Assembly: GCF_004010195.1 (NCBI RefSeq)
Contig: NC_057753.1
Location: 13,627,628-13,681,344, forward strand
Length of the DNA stretch: 53,717 nt
DNA from: Chiloscyllium plagiosum
Lineage: Eukaryota
Reading direction: 5' to 3'
The notes under the pieces are model-generated. The model was not told the DNA's origin, ran no database searches, and saw only the letters and a program-made list of their open reading frames with translations. The position numbers and the translations under genes were made by a program. Numbering within the stretch: the first letter of the stretch is position 1; each line of letters begins with the position of its first letter. This document shows positions 23,871-36,230 of this stretch, piece by piece.

Positions 23871-25052
23871 CCGGGAAGGAAAGCGGTGAGTATTTATACT
23901 CACCCTTCGAAGCCATCGGTCATTTCCAGTGCGAGCAGCAGCGAAGGTAAGACCGTTTGGTTTTAAAAGTACTTACCGGTAGCGGGCAGCGGTGTTTTAT
24001 TTTCTCTTTCACTCTCTCTTCACAGAAAGAGCGGGAGCACCAGGGGGAAGTGACGACGACCAGAGGGGCAGCCGGGAAGGAAAGCGGTGAGTATTTATAC
24101 TCACCCTTCGAAGCCGTCGGTCATTTCCAGTGCGAGCAGCAGCGAAGGTAAGACCGTTTGGTTTTAAAAGTGCTTACCGGTAGCGGGCAGCGGTGTTTGT
24201 TTTTTTCTCTTTCACTCTCTCTTCACAGAAAGAGCGGGAGCACCAGGGGGAAGTGACGACGACCAGAGGGGCAGACGAGACCCGGAAGCAGTTAGTGTAA
24301 GCTTACCTGGGTAGGTTTTTTCCCCCTTTAAAAGCACGAAGGAGAGGAACCCGAGGCACTACACGGGTAGTGCCCCCCACCCGCCCTCCTCCTCTAACCT
24401 AATAATAACACCTGTTGTGGTAAGTAGGTAAGTGCTGAATTTTGCTTGTTGTATTCTTTAGACCCAGTTTTTTTTAAAATAAAAGTTAGCTTTAGAGGGA
24501 TGGCAGTGAAGGCAGTGCAATGTTCCTCCTGCAACAGGTATGAGGTGAGGGATGCCATCGACGTCCCTGCCGATTACACTTGCAGGAAGTGCACCCACCT
24601 CCAGCTCCTCCAAGACCGTGTTAGGGAACTGGAGCTGGAGTTGGATGAACTTCGGACCATTCGGGAGGCAGAGGGGGTCATAGATCAGAGTTATAGGGAA
24701 ATAGTAACTCCAAAGATGGCAGATAGATGGGTGACAGTGAGGGGGACTGGGAGGAAGCAGCCAGTGCAGGGACCCCCTGCGGCCATTCCCCTCAAGAACA
24801 AGTATACCGTTTTGGATACTTGTGGGGGGGATGACTTACCAGGGGTAAGTAACGGGGCTCAGGTCTCTGGCACGGAGCCTGTCCCCGTTACTCAGAAGGG
24901 AAGGGTGAAGAAGAGCAGAGCAGTACTAATTGGGGACTCGATAGTTCGGGGCACAGATAGACGGTTTTGTAGGAACGAGAGAGACTCACGTTTGGTATGT
25001 TGCCTCCCAGGTGCAAGGGTACGTGATGTCTCTGATCGTATTTTCCGGGTCC
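23867..25052 (+). mobile_element. CR1 5' end: tandem ~202-bp 5'UTR monomers plus ORF1 (zinc finger, coiled coil, SGNH esterase start)
   Basis: Monomers at 23867-24067 and 24068-24274. MAVKAVQCSSC...YTCRKCTHLQLLQDRVRELELEL...LIGDSIVRGTDRRFC...CCLPGARVRDV, truncated at 25052. Confidence 0.9.
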
Positions 25053-25227
25053 TCTCTCTCTGTGTGTGCGTGCGTGTGTGTGTGTGCATATATGTGTGTG
25101 TGTGTATGTGTGTATTTATATTTGCCTATCTCTGTGTGTGCTTGTGTATTCAGGTCATGATGCTATGCTTTCTTTATGCATAGGCGTCCGATAGTGCTGT
25201 GCCTAATTCCACCTACAATACACATGG

Positions 25228-27262
25228 AGGACAATTCTAAATTGGAGAAAGACCAATTTTGACGGTATTAGGCAAGAACTTTCGAAAGCTGATTGGGGGC
25301 AGATGTTCACAGGTAAAGGGACGGCTGGAAAATGGGAAGCCTTCAGAAATTTGATAACGAGAGTCCAGAGACAGTATATTCCTGTTAGAATGAAAGGAAA
25401 GTCTGGTAGGTACAGGGAATACTGGATGATTAAAGAAATTGTGGGTTTGGTTAAGAAAAAGAAGGAAGCATATGTGAGGTAGAGACAGGATACATCGAGT
25501 GAATCCTTAGAAGAGTATAAAGTCAGTAGGAACATACTTAAGAGGGAAATCAGGAGTGCAAAAAGGGGACATGAGATAGATTTGGCGAATAGAGTTCAGG
25601 AGAATCCAAAGGGTTTTTACAAATACATTAAGGACAAAGGGGTAACTAGGGAGAAAATAGGACGCCTCGAAGATCAGCAAGGCGGCATTTGTGTGGAGCC
25701 GCAGAAAAAGGGGGAGATACTAAATGAGTATTTTGCATCAGTATTTACTGTTGAAAAGGATATGGAAGTTATAGACTTAGGGAAATAGATGGTGACACCT
25801 TGCAAAATGTCCAAATTACAGAGGAAGAAATGCTGGATGTCTTGAAACTCAAAAAGATGGATCAATCCCCAGGACCTGATCAGGTATGTCCGAGAACTCA
25901 ATGGGAAAATAGAGACGTGATTGCTGGGCCTCTTGCTGACATATTTGTATCATCGATAGTCACAGGTGAGGTGCCGGAAGACTGGAGGTTGGCTAACGTG
26001 GTGCCACTGTTTAAGAAGTGTGGTAAGGACAAGCCAGAGAACTATAGGCCAGTGACCTGACGTCAGTGGTGGGCAAGTTGTTGCAGGGAATCCTGAGGGG
26101 CAGGATGTACATATATTTGGAAAAGCAAGGACTGATTAGAGATAGTCAACATGGCTTTGTGCGTGCGAAATCATGTCTCACAAACATGATTGAGTTTTCG
26201 AGGAAGTAACAAAGAGGATTGATGAGGGCAGAGTGCTAGATGTGATCTATATGGACTTCAGTGATACGTTTGACAAGGATCCCCATGGGAGACTGATTAG
26301 CAAGGTTAGATCTCATGGAATACAGAGAGACTGATTAGCAAGGTTAGATCTCATGGAATACAGAGAGAACTAGCGATTTGGATACAGAACTGGCTCAAAG
26401 GTAGAAGACAGAGGGTGGTGGTGGAGGGTTGTTTTTCAGACTGGAGGCCTGTGACCAGTGGAGTGCCACAAGGATCGGTGCTGGGCCATCTACTTGTTCT
26501 TATTTANNNNNNNNNNNNNNNNNNNNNNNNNNNNNNNNNNNNNNNNNNNNNNNNNNNNNNNNNNNNNNNNNNNNNNNNNNNNNNNNNNNNNNNNNNNNNN
26601 NNNNNNNNNNNNNNNNNNNNNNNNNNNNNNNNNNNNNNNNNNNNNNNNNNNNNNNNNNNNNNNNNNNNNNNNNNNNNNNNNNNNNNNNNNNNNNNNNNNN
26701 NNNNNNNNNNNNNNNNNNNNNNNNNNNNNNNNNNNNNNNNNNNNNNNNNNNNNNNNNNNNNNNNNNNNNNNNNNNNNNNNNNNNNNNNNNNNNNNNNNNN
26801 NNNNNNNNNNNNNNNNNNNNNNNNNNNNNNNNNNNNNNNNNNNNNNNNNNNNNNNNNNNNNNNNNNNNNNNNNNNNNNNNNNNNNNNNNNNNNNNNNNNN
26901 NNNNNNNNNNNNNNNNNNNNNNNNNNNNNNNNNNNNNNNNNNNNNNNNNNNNNNNNNNNNNNNNNNNNNNNNNNNNNNNNNNNNNNNNNNNNNNNNNNNN
27001 NNNNNNNNNNNNNNNNNNNNNNNNNNNNNNNNNNNNNNNNNNNNNNNNNNNNNNNNNNNNNNNNNNNNNNNNNNNNNNNNNNNNNNNNNNNNNNNNNNNN
27101 NNNNNNNNNNNNNAGGCATTTGGATGGGTATATGAATAGGAAGGGTTTGGAGGGATATGGGCCGGGTGCTGGCAGGTGGGACTAGATTGGGTTGGGATCT
27201 CTGGTCGGCATGGGAGGGTTGGACCGAAGGGTCTGTTTCTATGCTGTACATCTCTATGACTC
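25228..27262 (+). mobile_element. CR1 LINE ORF2 to 3' tail, spanning an assembly gap
   Basis: SPGPDQV, WRLANVVPLFKK...NYRPV, VTSGVPQGSVLG; tail ending tctatgactct at ~27262; 38-bp internal tandem duplication near 26290-26365. Confidence 0.9.
26507..27113. other. Assembly gap
   Basis: Run of N. Confidence 1.
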
Positions 27263-28215
27263 TTTGACTCTAATTGCACACTGATGAGGCCTCCGAGAGT
27301 TTGGAGTTTCTCCTGTTCCATGTGTTCTGAAGGCAGTTGTCAGACTGGGGCTAAACCAGCAACCATTCAGTTGAAACTCTGCCTCAATGTCGTTTCTTTT
27401 CACACCAGAGTTTTGAATTTTAGCATGAGCAGATTCACAACAATAAGTGCAACTACAAATCAAGGCGCCCTCTCGCGCGTTCAACGAAAAAGCCGAGAAG
27501 AATTCTCATTAATATTGAATCAACTGCCACAGAATTTCCTCCTGGACCGGCAGAGAAAACATTCTGCAGAATACAAAGGTCTGGAAGGATGATCACTCAA
27601 TCCATTTTGTGGCTAAACTGACAACTCCAGCAGAGATCAGCACGTTGTTTTTTGTCATAGCTTCATCTTCACATCAGCTCTGAAAAAGCGAACTCTGACC
27701 CTTCAACATACTGAAATTGGTACTGAGCACTACATACAGATATGAAACTGACAGGCAGGATGAATGGGGTCATCAGTGGACATAGACTCGTCACAACCTA
27801 CGGTCTCCAAAGGTAAGAGTATAGATTGGGATACACAAGCCAAGGAGAATCAGAACAAATTCCAAATAGAAGGTGAAGACTTGGAAATAAAACGCAATTT
27901 TAAACTATGAAATTTGTTAAGTGAAAGGTGAGTACATCTGAGCTGTGCGCCAATTAATGAGACTGTAGGAGTTGTATCAGTCTAATGTGCGTTGCTGCTC
28001 CATTATTAACACTCGTAACTTAAAGAAACAGTACAGATAGTTGTTTCCTTTGTTCAATCATATGGTGTGAGCGTCGCGAGCATCGCCGTAATTTAGAGCT
28101 GTCATTAATTTTGTCCCGCCAACATTAATAATCTAACTTCAAGTGAAGACAGTGAGTTTCTTGGAGGGGGAATTTGCAACGTTTTGCTAGCCTAAACCAT
28201 TTGGAAAGTACAGGC

Positions 28216-28352
28216 AAAAGTGGAAACTGCTGGAAGACCTCAGCAAGTCTGGGAGCATCTGAGGAAAGGTCACTTGACCGAAAATGTTAACCCTGTTTTC
28301 TCTACACAGATGCTGCTGGACCTGCAGAGTTTCCCCAGCAGTTTTCATTTTT
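28216..28352 (+). mobile_element. Miniature fold-back Penelope-derived element with a central hammerhead motif
   Basis: Arms 28216-28261 and 28307-28352 are imperfect inverted repeats. Between them is ctgagga-aa-ggtca(ct)tgacc-gaaa. Confidence 0.7.
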
Positions 28353-30005
28353 GTCTCTCATTCACAGCATCTGGAATTCTTTCGGATGGTGGAGGCCTTG
28401 GTGTGGAAGGTTATGAAGAGGCAGGCCTTCTGGCATTCCTGTAGTGTATCACGTCCATAATACACATTGCTGCCTCAAAGTGTATTGAAGGTGTAAATGC
28501 CAAATTTAGAGATGAATTTACATGACGATATTGAACGTCATGTATTTCCTTACAACTAAAACTGGAGAGACCTGTGCCTCTATGTGTTGGGTAACTTTGA
28601 TTTTTAACCTCAAACTGCTGACTGGCCCTATGTCTACATCATGTGACTGATTCCAGAACATCATCTCCATGCAAACCTTCCAACATTTTTTCTCAATTTT
28701 TAAATGTTTTCTCGAATCATCCTGTTCAGAGATGTTATTCCACACCTCTAGAGTAGGACCACCTGAGCATCTCGGAATTGAACTTCGGCCTTTAAGCTCA
28801 CAGTGGAGGATACGATTACAACAGCCTTATCATAAATATCTTATATGCTTATCGTCTGAGATGAGTTGTCAAAGTAACTGTCTGGACCCTTACCTTTCAG
28901 ATTGTAGCAGCTGACTACTGCGAAATACAGGCGCAATATGATTTGAAATACTGCTCTGCCATTCTGAACAAGGCCTAAGCAGAATTTCCCATTAGAAATG
29001 CCTTATCAACTGTTCATTTCTTCAAAGAATTTTCTTAGTGGCAAGCTGTATGAATTGGTAATCCTTGGAAAATCTGACTCATAACGCCTTGACTGTTTAC
29101 TTCGTATGATGGTACATGGAAGATAAATACTTATGTGCAAATTACGGGCATTATAACAATTGGGACATGTTGAGCTCAGGGAATCATTGCACTTCATGAT
29201 CCAAATACAGTGTCAAAAGTGAGGAAGATTATGAATAAAGTTTCCAGTGTAACTGGTTCGTCAGTGTGCCAGGAACACATGCTAAGAGATATCGAGCATT
29301 TTAGAGACTGAATGTCATTATATATCCGTCACAAATGATCAGAAAGTACTTTGGACCTCTAGTTTTTTTTATTGTTTGTTTGTAAGCTTGAGCAAACACC
29401 ATTATCAACGTATTTACTAATTATGAATTTTACTACTAATCTCTCCCTTATTTGTCAGTAGCTAAGGACACAGTTTCTTTGAGTGTGCCTCTCTTTAACT
29501 AACGTGAGTCTCTAACTCGAATTGCTATGAAGTAAAGTGTACCAATTTTGTTTATTAGGTCATGTCTCTGCAATTAATCGATCAGATGTTGCCTTTATTA
29601 CAGTATATCACATCGCTTTAGTGAAATTTGTTTTTTTTTTATTAATTATGTTGTGACACAGTTTGTCGAGAGTATTGCTTTTTTTTAAAAAGGCAAATAG
29701 GTATTCTGTATCCTTACCTATGTTACACGAAAACGTCTTTTGGGTTTCAAAGGGGAGAGAAGAATTTACATGCTGCTATAAAACTGTGAGTATCTCGATG
29801 ACCTTCGAGGAATTGAATGAGTTTCGACATTTTCCTGGATATGCCAGACTTTTTCCCAGAAAATATACTTTATACACCATGAAGTACGGTCATGAACTGG
29901 GAGGAAGGAAAGAAGGAAGGAAGGAACAGAGATTAAACTGACCACTTCTTGACTGAAGAGTAAGTGCTGCACAAATATGAAGCTAAGCAGTGTGAGGAAG
30001 TTTCA

Positions 30006-30901
30006 CTAACATTTTACTGCGAGTATGGTGAGAGGACACATGAGAATCTTCTGGATCTCCCTGCGGAACCTACTCTGAGATACTACATAAATGAATACGT
30101 TGTTGCAGGAACTAAGTAGCTGGAACATGTTATTGGTCTCTTGCAAGATGTAGTCTACATTTTGGAAATCCAGGCCGTTGAAGTCTGTATCACCTTTAAA
30201 ACGTACGAGGAAGAAATGTCCCACTTCGGTGGCCCACAGCAGCAGGAAGCTGACTGAGATGGCAAAGAGAAGGATGATGGATCTCCTGCGATTTTCCACC
30301 TCTGGGTCTCTACCACACTCAACATTTCGAAGTTTCTTCCTTGCTTTGCTGGCGGCCAGGATATGTCGTACAGTCAAGACATTAAGCAGCAGAATGAGGA
30401 GAAAAGGGAGAATAGGAGTTAAAATGTGTTCCATCCAATCATAGGCCTGCCAGGCAGGTAAAGTAAAAAAGATGGATTTGATGTCACATAACCAGGGTAG
30501 ACCATTCAGAATATATAAAGGTTTGAGGATATTGTACAGAGGGAAGTTTTTGACACAACTCAGGATACAGATCATTCCAATGAGCAGCGACGCAATTTTC
30601 ACGGTGCAGTATCCAATCTTCAGGCTTTGGCAGCAGATGGACACAAAACGGTCGATAGTGAAGGCCACAGTCAGCCAGACTGAGCCCTCTCGGCTGCAGC
30701 GGGCCAGGATTGTGCTCAGTTTGCATACAGAGGTAGCGGACAATACACTGTAAATAAAGTAGATGCGGCTGATCCGATTTAGGATGCACCCAGTGATGAT
30801 GACAAAAAAATCGGACACAGCTATTGCCACTAGATAGTAGGTTACACATCTGGAGAGCCCACATCGTCCTCGGGATAGTATTATAATTGACACCAAGTTG
30901 G
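30006..30901 (-). CDS. GPR139/GPR142-like class A GPCR, copy 1, exon 2 (spliced protein 321 aa)
   Basis: Acceptor ttatgtttgtcacag|CC AAC. Seven hydrophobic segments with exon 1. Motifs YLVAIAVSD (TM2), SVWLTVAFTIDRFVSIC (TM3), ILPFLLILLLN (TM5), FLLLW (TM6), SCNNVFIY...SRFR (TM7/H8). Confidence 0.92.
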
Positions 30902-31880
30902 CTGTGACAAACATAAAGTTTACTTGTACAATGTAAATTATAATACCTATACTTTACATCACATGCACTTTTATCAGTTGGGTGTTGCCCAGTTGAGTTC
31001 AAACATCAGCAACTGCTTCAGCCAACCGACACTGAAACCCTCCTTGTCCGAGCCTGTGTTCTCCCCAGCCTCCAACTAAACAAAAATAATTTGTATTTGT
31101 TCAGCATTTCATGCTGAGGTAAACATTTGGCAATATCAGGAACATTGCAGTCAGCGCCTGCCTCTGCCAATGCTGTTCTTCAGTCTCTGGCTTAATTCCA
31201 GTGACGAGTTATCCACAGTAATGTCTGAGTAAAATCATGTGACACATCCCGTCTCCATACCTAGACTTATTCTTTGAAAGTCTAAGTTAGCTGAGGTACA
31301 TTAGCACAGGGCCTGTCATTTCTCAGCTTTAATAAGCTCATCGTTAATAATTAAAAAGCCGCATAGATTAGGAACTCACATGCTGTTACCATCATTTATC
31401 TCAAAATAACTGCATTCCTACCATTTTTAAGCCTGATGTTAATCACTCCTGCTGTGCCTTTTGCTGTTGATGTCCCAAACTGTGGAACTTCCTTTCTATA
31501 GCACTTGTCATGTCTTCCTTCCGGACATTCCTTAACTCCAAACATTTTTAATTGTGATCTTTCTTTTTTGCCCAAAGTCTCTTTGCGAAGTTCTACATCA
31601 ATTGTCTTTCTAAAATCTCTTGACAGTAATCATCTTAACTTGAGGAAGGATAAATAACACAAGTATCCAAAATAAATGCTAAATGGACAAAAGCTAACAT
31701 TATCAGACAATTTATGAAGAGATGGAAATCTATTATCTTCTAATTTCACCTTTATGTAACTCTTCTATAATTAATTCTTAAGACTTTAGAGACTGCCCAA
31801 AAACAACACAAGACTCCAGAATAGTTATATCATTTTCGAGTTCGCATTACAATTTTCTAACTTCACCGCAAAGAATTGTG

Positions 31881-31926
31881 TATAATATAATATAATATAA
31901 TATAATATAATATAATATAATATAAT
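31881..31926. repeat. (TATAA)n pentanucleotide microsatellite in the GPCR1 intron
   Basis: About 9 perfect units. Confidence 0.95.
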
Positions 31927-32513
31927 GTTATCCAACGTGATTATTGTGCTGTAGTCATTCAATCTTCAATATATAGGCAATAAGAGCTGGAGTAGTCCAA
32001 TTGGCTCTTTCATCTTTCTCCATGATTCAGCTTTCTTATAACTTGTTCTCCACGTCAATGCTAACACAAACAGATCAGTGCCAGAAACTGCACTTTTATA
32101 CATTGCTACAACATGACTCAACGTTATACAATTTCAGAATAAAATTCAATACCAAACAATGTAAAATATGATTATTCAGACAATGCTGTAGACACTCTTC
32201 ATTATTAACATAACCTCAGAAACTGTTGTTTGTCGATGAAATGTGCAATAGAAAACTTTGAATGTAATCTTGCATTTCCAATTGATCAAAGCGCAAGCAA
32301 TGCACTTCATTGCACTCTTATGCAATAAAATAGCATACAATACGCAGTAAGAGGCGTATGACAATGCCACTTCATGACCCAGTTTCTGTCCATTCCCATT
32401 TAGAGAGGATTGGATCTTAGAGAATAATATCCAACCCAGTTATCAAAAGGAATGGCTAAGATTTGAGGAGATTTATACATAAACTCAAACTTCCTTTGCA
32501 ACACATTTCTTAC

Positions 32514-32583
32514 CTGGGAAACCAACAGCAGCGATAATGGGGTAACAAATGGCATAAAACAATCCTTTTACTGGCCCGTGCAT
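32514..32583 (-). CDS. GPCR copy 1, exon 1 (MHGPVKGLFYAICYPIIAAVGFP)
   Basis: accATG...CCA G|gtaag; 70 bp, phase 1, joins exon 2 in frame. Paralogous to 45286-45355. Confidence 0.9.
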
Positions 32584-32654
32584 GGTCCTTTCGAAACCAA
32601 TGAAATTCTCCAAGCTGCACAATTCAGTTGTACAACAGTTTCAAAGCGCCTCTT

Positions 32655-32720
32655 ATTTATTCTACCTGAGAGTCTCCAGAGAGAAGCTAAATTGCATCGT
32701 GCAGCTCAGTTGCAGTTCAA
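32655..32720 (-). promoter_or_regulatory. Conserved upstream block of GPCR copy 1
   Basis: tttattctacctgagagtctccagagag...tgcagttc aligns with 45427-45489 and the reverse complement of 18440-18503, at the same distance (~70 bp) from the ATG in both intact copies. Confidence 0.7.
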
Positions 32721-33329
32721 TAAAAAGATTAACACACAGTTATGTAACTTCTTCTTGCAACATTGACAAATGAGTAATTCCACTTTCTTTTTTACCAGAC
32801 TGCTCGCAACGAATTTTTAGGCTATTCTTCCAAATCCATTTATAGTATACCTAACAACTGCAGTGTCTGATAGGAGATGCTGACTGGAGGTCCTATTACT
32901 ATCCTGAAATTGCCCCTTCTCATCTTTTCGGCTAGGTGCTTAATTACTCTGTAAATGAGGGGGATCAGGTTCGTTCATGTAATTTATTTATTTGTGACGT
33001 TATCATATATATAATATTTATCATTGAACAATTCTGAAAAATTGTGTAAAACGCAAATGTGGAACACAATGCAACCACTCCTGCAAAAGAGAAATATTTG
33101 AAAAACTTTGTGTCTCCGACCAAGCCACACACACAGAAAGTGCATTAGAACTTTCGAGAATGATTCTCGTGTAGGAACAATGGAGAAAGGCTCAGCCATA
33201 GTATAAAGACGAACACAACTCAGTCCATGCTCCAAGTGGGAGTACGTACTGAGATACGACTTAAAAATATGGCCACTGTAAAGATAAAACCTACATACGT
33301 TTGGTGATAAGAGCTAGAAGACAGGTTTG

Positions 33330-34090
33330 TTCCACGGGACATGGGTGTCGCTGACCTAACCAACATTTATTATCAAACATCTCTATTTGTCAGTGAGAAG
33401 GTGATGAGGAACCACGGCAATATATTTCATGTTAATACTCTGCCAAAACTCTGACAGCGGGAGTTTGAGGATCTCCACTCACCAACACCGAAGTAATGGC
33501 GAAATGTTTCGGAGTCGAGATAGCAAATATAGATTGGATGGGAACACACAGTTTGTGGTGTTCCCATGTACCCGCTGCCCTTGTCCTTCTGGGTGGAAGT
33601 GATCGTTGGTTTGGAGTCTGAACTCGGAAGAGACCTGATGAACTTCTGGATTGCACTTTGTCGACGGCTGGAAGTCTGAAAGAAAACAGATAGTGCTGAA
33701 GAAACTCACCAGGTCTTGCAGTATATGTAGAGAGGGAACGAGTTGACATTTCGAGTCTTCAGATACAACTGCTACTGTGCAACGTGGGAGGAGGTCGAGT
33801 ATGATTATGGATGCTCCGTTAATTAGCTAGTCTGCTTTGTTCTGAATGCTATATAAGTTTGACGTGTGCTCTGCGAACTATCGAGGAAAGTGGAGATTAT
33901 TTCATCACAATCTTTTGACATGCACACATTTAAACGTGTTTCGTGAATCAGTAGGTAAGTTGCTCGCTGCAGGGTTTCTAATCTCTGATCTGCTTTTTAA
34001 ACCTCAGTATTTCAGTCGTATATCCATTTCAGCTTCTGGTCAATGGTAACATTCAGGCTACTGATAGTGGAGGAATTTAGCTAAGATAAT
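33330..34090 (-). mobile_element. Old degraded LINE 3' end (CR1/L2-like) with a small Penelope-derived insert (~33670-33762)
   Basis: Similar to 52200-52860 and 28060-28500. The tail gggacatgggtgtcgctg...catttatt resembles the Deu-SINE tails. Confidence 0.55.
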
Positions 34091-34839
34091 GTGATTTTAT
34101 GTGGACGGGTCCATAAAGGAAAACACTTCAATCCATCATTTTAACGTCAGCATCAAACATTTAATTGTTCTGGACCCATCTTCACCATTTTGGCAGATTG
34201 CCTTGTATGCTGTGATGATTCAATACACATCTAAACACTTTTTAACGTTTTCAAGTTTCTTGCTTTCACCTATGTCCAACGACCTTTGGGAGAATTTATT
34301 TCCTCAAATCCCTTTTGAAACTGTTGCTTCTTATCTTAAAAATCCATGGCCTGTTGTCGACCCGTTTAGTAAGGGGAACTTTGCTCCCTATCTACCCGAT
34401 CTGAGCCACTGATAAATTCTTGCCATCTTAATTGCAACGTAATGAGGAAGTGAACCACATGTACACGCCCAAAGCAAAACACACAAACATATTCACCACG
34501 AGTATTGGGGTTATGAGAAGTGACAAATAAGCAAACGAGAAGTTGTCATCTTTCATCTTGTTGAACGTCGCACTGCACTTCCCTTCTTTGTTTTCTTCTT
34601 GCATCGACATTTTTTTGCGTCTGTGTCAGTAAGTGGCTTTTTCCCGTTATTGTCTGACAGGTTTTGTAATTAAATTTGTGCTGGATATTGAAGAAAATCT
34701 AATCCCAAAATGAGAACAAAGAGTGGGTCAATGTGAAATACTGAAACAAATGTTGGCGAAAATGAGTGGCAAAGTTTGGGAGGAGGTGGTGTTAAGAAGT
34801 GGAAGCGGGAACTGACGTTATTGATTATTGACAGCAATG

Positions 34840-35468
34840 CCAAAGTGGATGTAGGTTTGCTCGCTGAGCTGGAAGGTTCATTCCCAGTTGTTTCATCACC
34901 CTGCTACGTAACATCTTCACGGGCCTCTGGGCGAAGCACTGCTGGTAATTCCTGCTTTCTATCTATATATTTGGGTTATTTTGGGTTGGTGATGTCATTT
35001 CCTGTGGTGATGTCATTTCGTTTGGTGATGTCATTTCCTGTTCTTTTTCTGAGGGTGTGGTGGATGTGGTCTAACTCAATGTGTTTGGTGATAGAGTTTC
35101 GGTTGGAATTCCATGCTTCTCGTGCCAGTCACACACGAAAATTCCTAGAAGCATGGCATTCCAACTGGAACTCTATCAACAAACACATTAAGTCAGACCC
35201 CATCTATCACCCCCTGAAACAAAGAACAGGCAATGGCATCACAACAGGAAATGATGTCACCACATGAAATGACATCACCGACACAAAGAAACCCAAACAT
35301 ATAAATAGAAAGCAGGAATTATCGTCAGTGATTCACCCGGAGGCCCACTGGCGACGTTAACTAGTAGGGTGATTAAACGTCTCTCTTGAAATGAACCTTC
35401 CAGCTCAACTAGCAAACCTGCATCCAGAACCTCAATCTGAGCTACAAATCTTCTCAAAACTCACTAAT
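34840..35468. mobile_element. Penelope-like element with inverted terminal arms
   Basis: 34845-35120 is the inverse of 35135-35430. RKFLEAWHSNWNSINKHI is GIY-YIG C-terminal-like. Degenerate hammerheads in both arms. Confidence 0.8.
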
Positions 35469-35849
35469 GCCTATGCGCGTTGATTCCTTTCTACAGATAC
35501 AGGGTCCAAGACTCGCAGTGATCTTTCTTGAGTTATAAAATACTGTGCAATGTGAGTGTCACAACACCAAACCAACTTTATTAACAAATGCTTCATTGTG
35601 CAAAATCCCGGAACATCACGAATTTTAAATATTTTGATCGTCTATAGAAAACAATATTCCTGAAATATCGACATGCAGAATAATGTGCAAGTTAAAAAGT
35701 TTCGTAAAAATTATAAAGATATTGTCAAGGTTGGACGGTTTCTGCTACAGGAAGAATTTGAATTTGTTAGACCTAATTTCCCTGGACTGTCGGAAGCTGA
35801 GGGGTCATTGAGTCATAGAGGGGTACAGCATGGAAACAAACCCTATGGC

Positions 35850-36200
35850 CAAACTGGAGATTTATAAAATCATGATAGGAATGGATAGGGTAAAGAGAAA
35901 AGGAACAACCCTTGCGTTGGGGGAATCCATAACTGGAAGACATAGTTTTAAAGTGAGAGGGGAAAGATTGAATAGGGACCTAAGGTGCATCTTTTCCACA
36001 CAGAGGGTGGTGCGTGTATGGAATGAGATGGAGGCGGGTAGAATTACTTTTAAAAGGCATCTGGGTGTTTATATGAATAGGAAGCGTTTGTGTATAAATG
36101 GGCCTAATGCTGGCAAATGGAACCAGATTTACATAGGATAAGTGTTTGGCATAGTCGAGTCTGATCGAAGGTTCTGTTTCAGTGCCGTACATCACAATGA
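35850..36200 (+). mobile_element. CR1 3' fragment
   Basis: EIYKIMIGMDRV...FSTQRVVRVWNE. Confidence 0.8.
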
Positions 36201-36230
36201 ATTTAATTGGTACGATTGTCATTCGTTTTA

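Noticed and set aside
24446-25183. Novel 245-aa protein with a Cys/Val-rich tail
   Set aside because: Truncated CR1 ORF1 running into a TG microsatellite.
26415-27321. Long ORFs with X runs (also 40066-41253)
   Set aside because: Artifacts of N gaps inside CR1 elements.
27661-27812. Exon-like segment with good acceptor and donor
   Set aside because: Stop codons in all three frames and no recognisable homology; a non-coding exon cannot be excluded.
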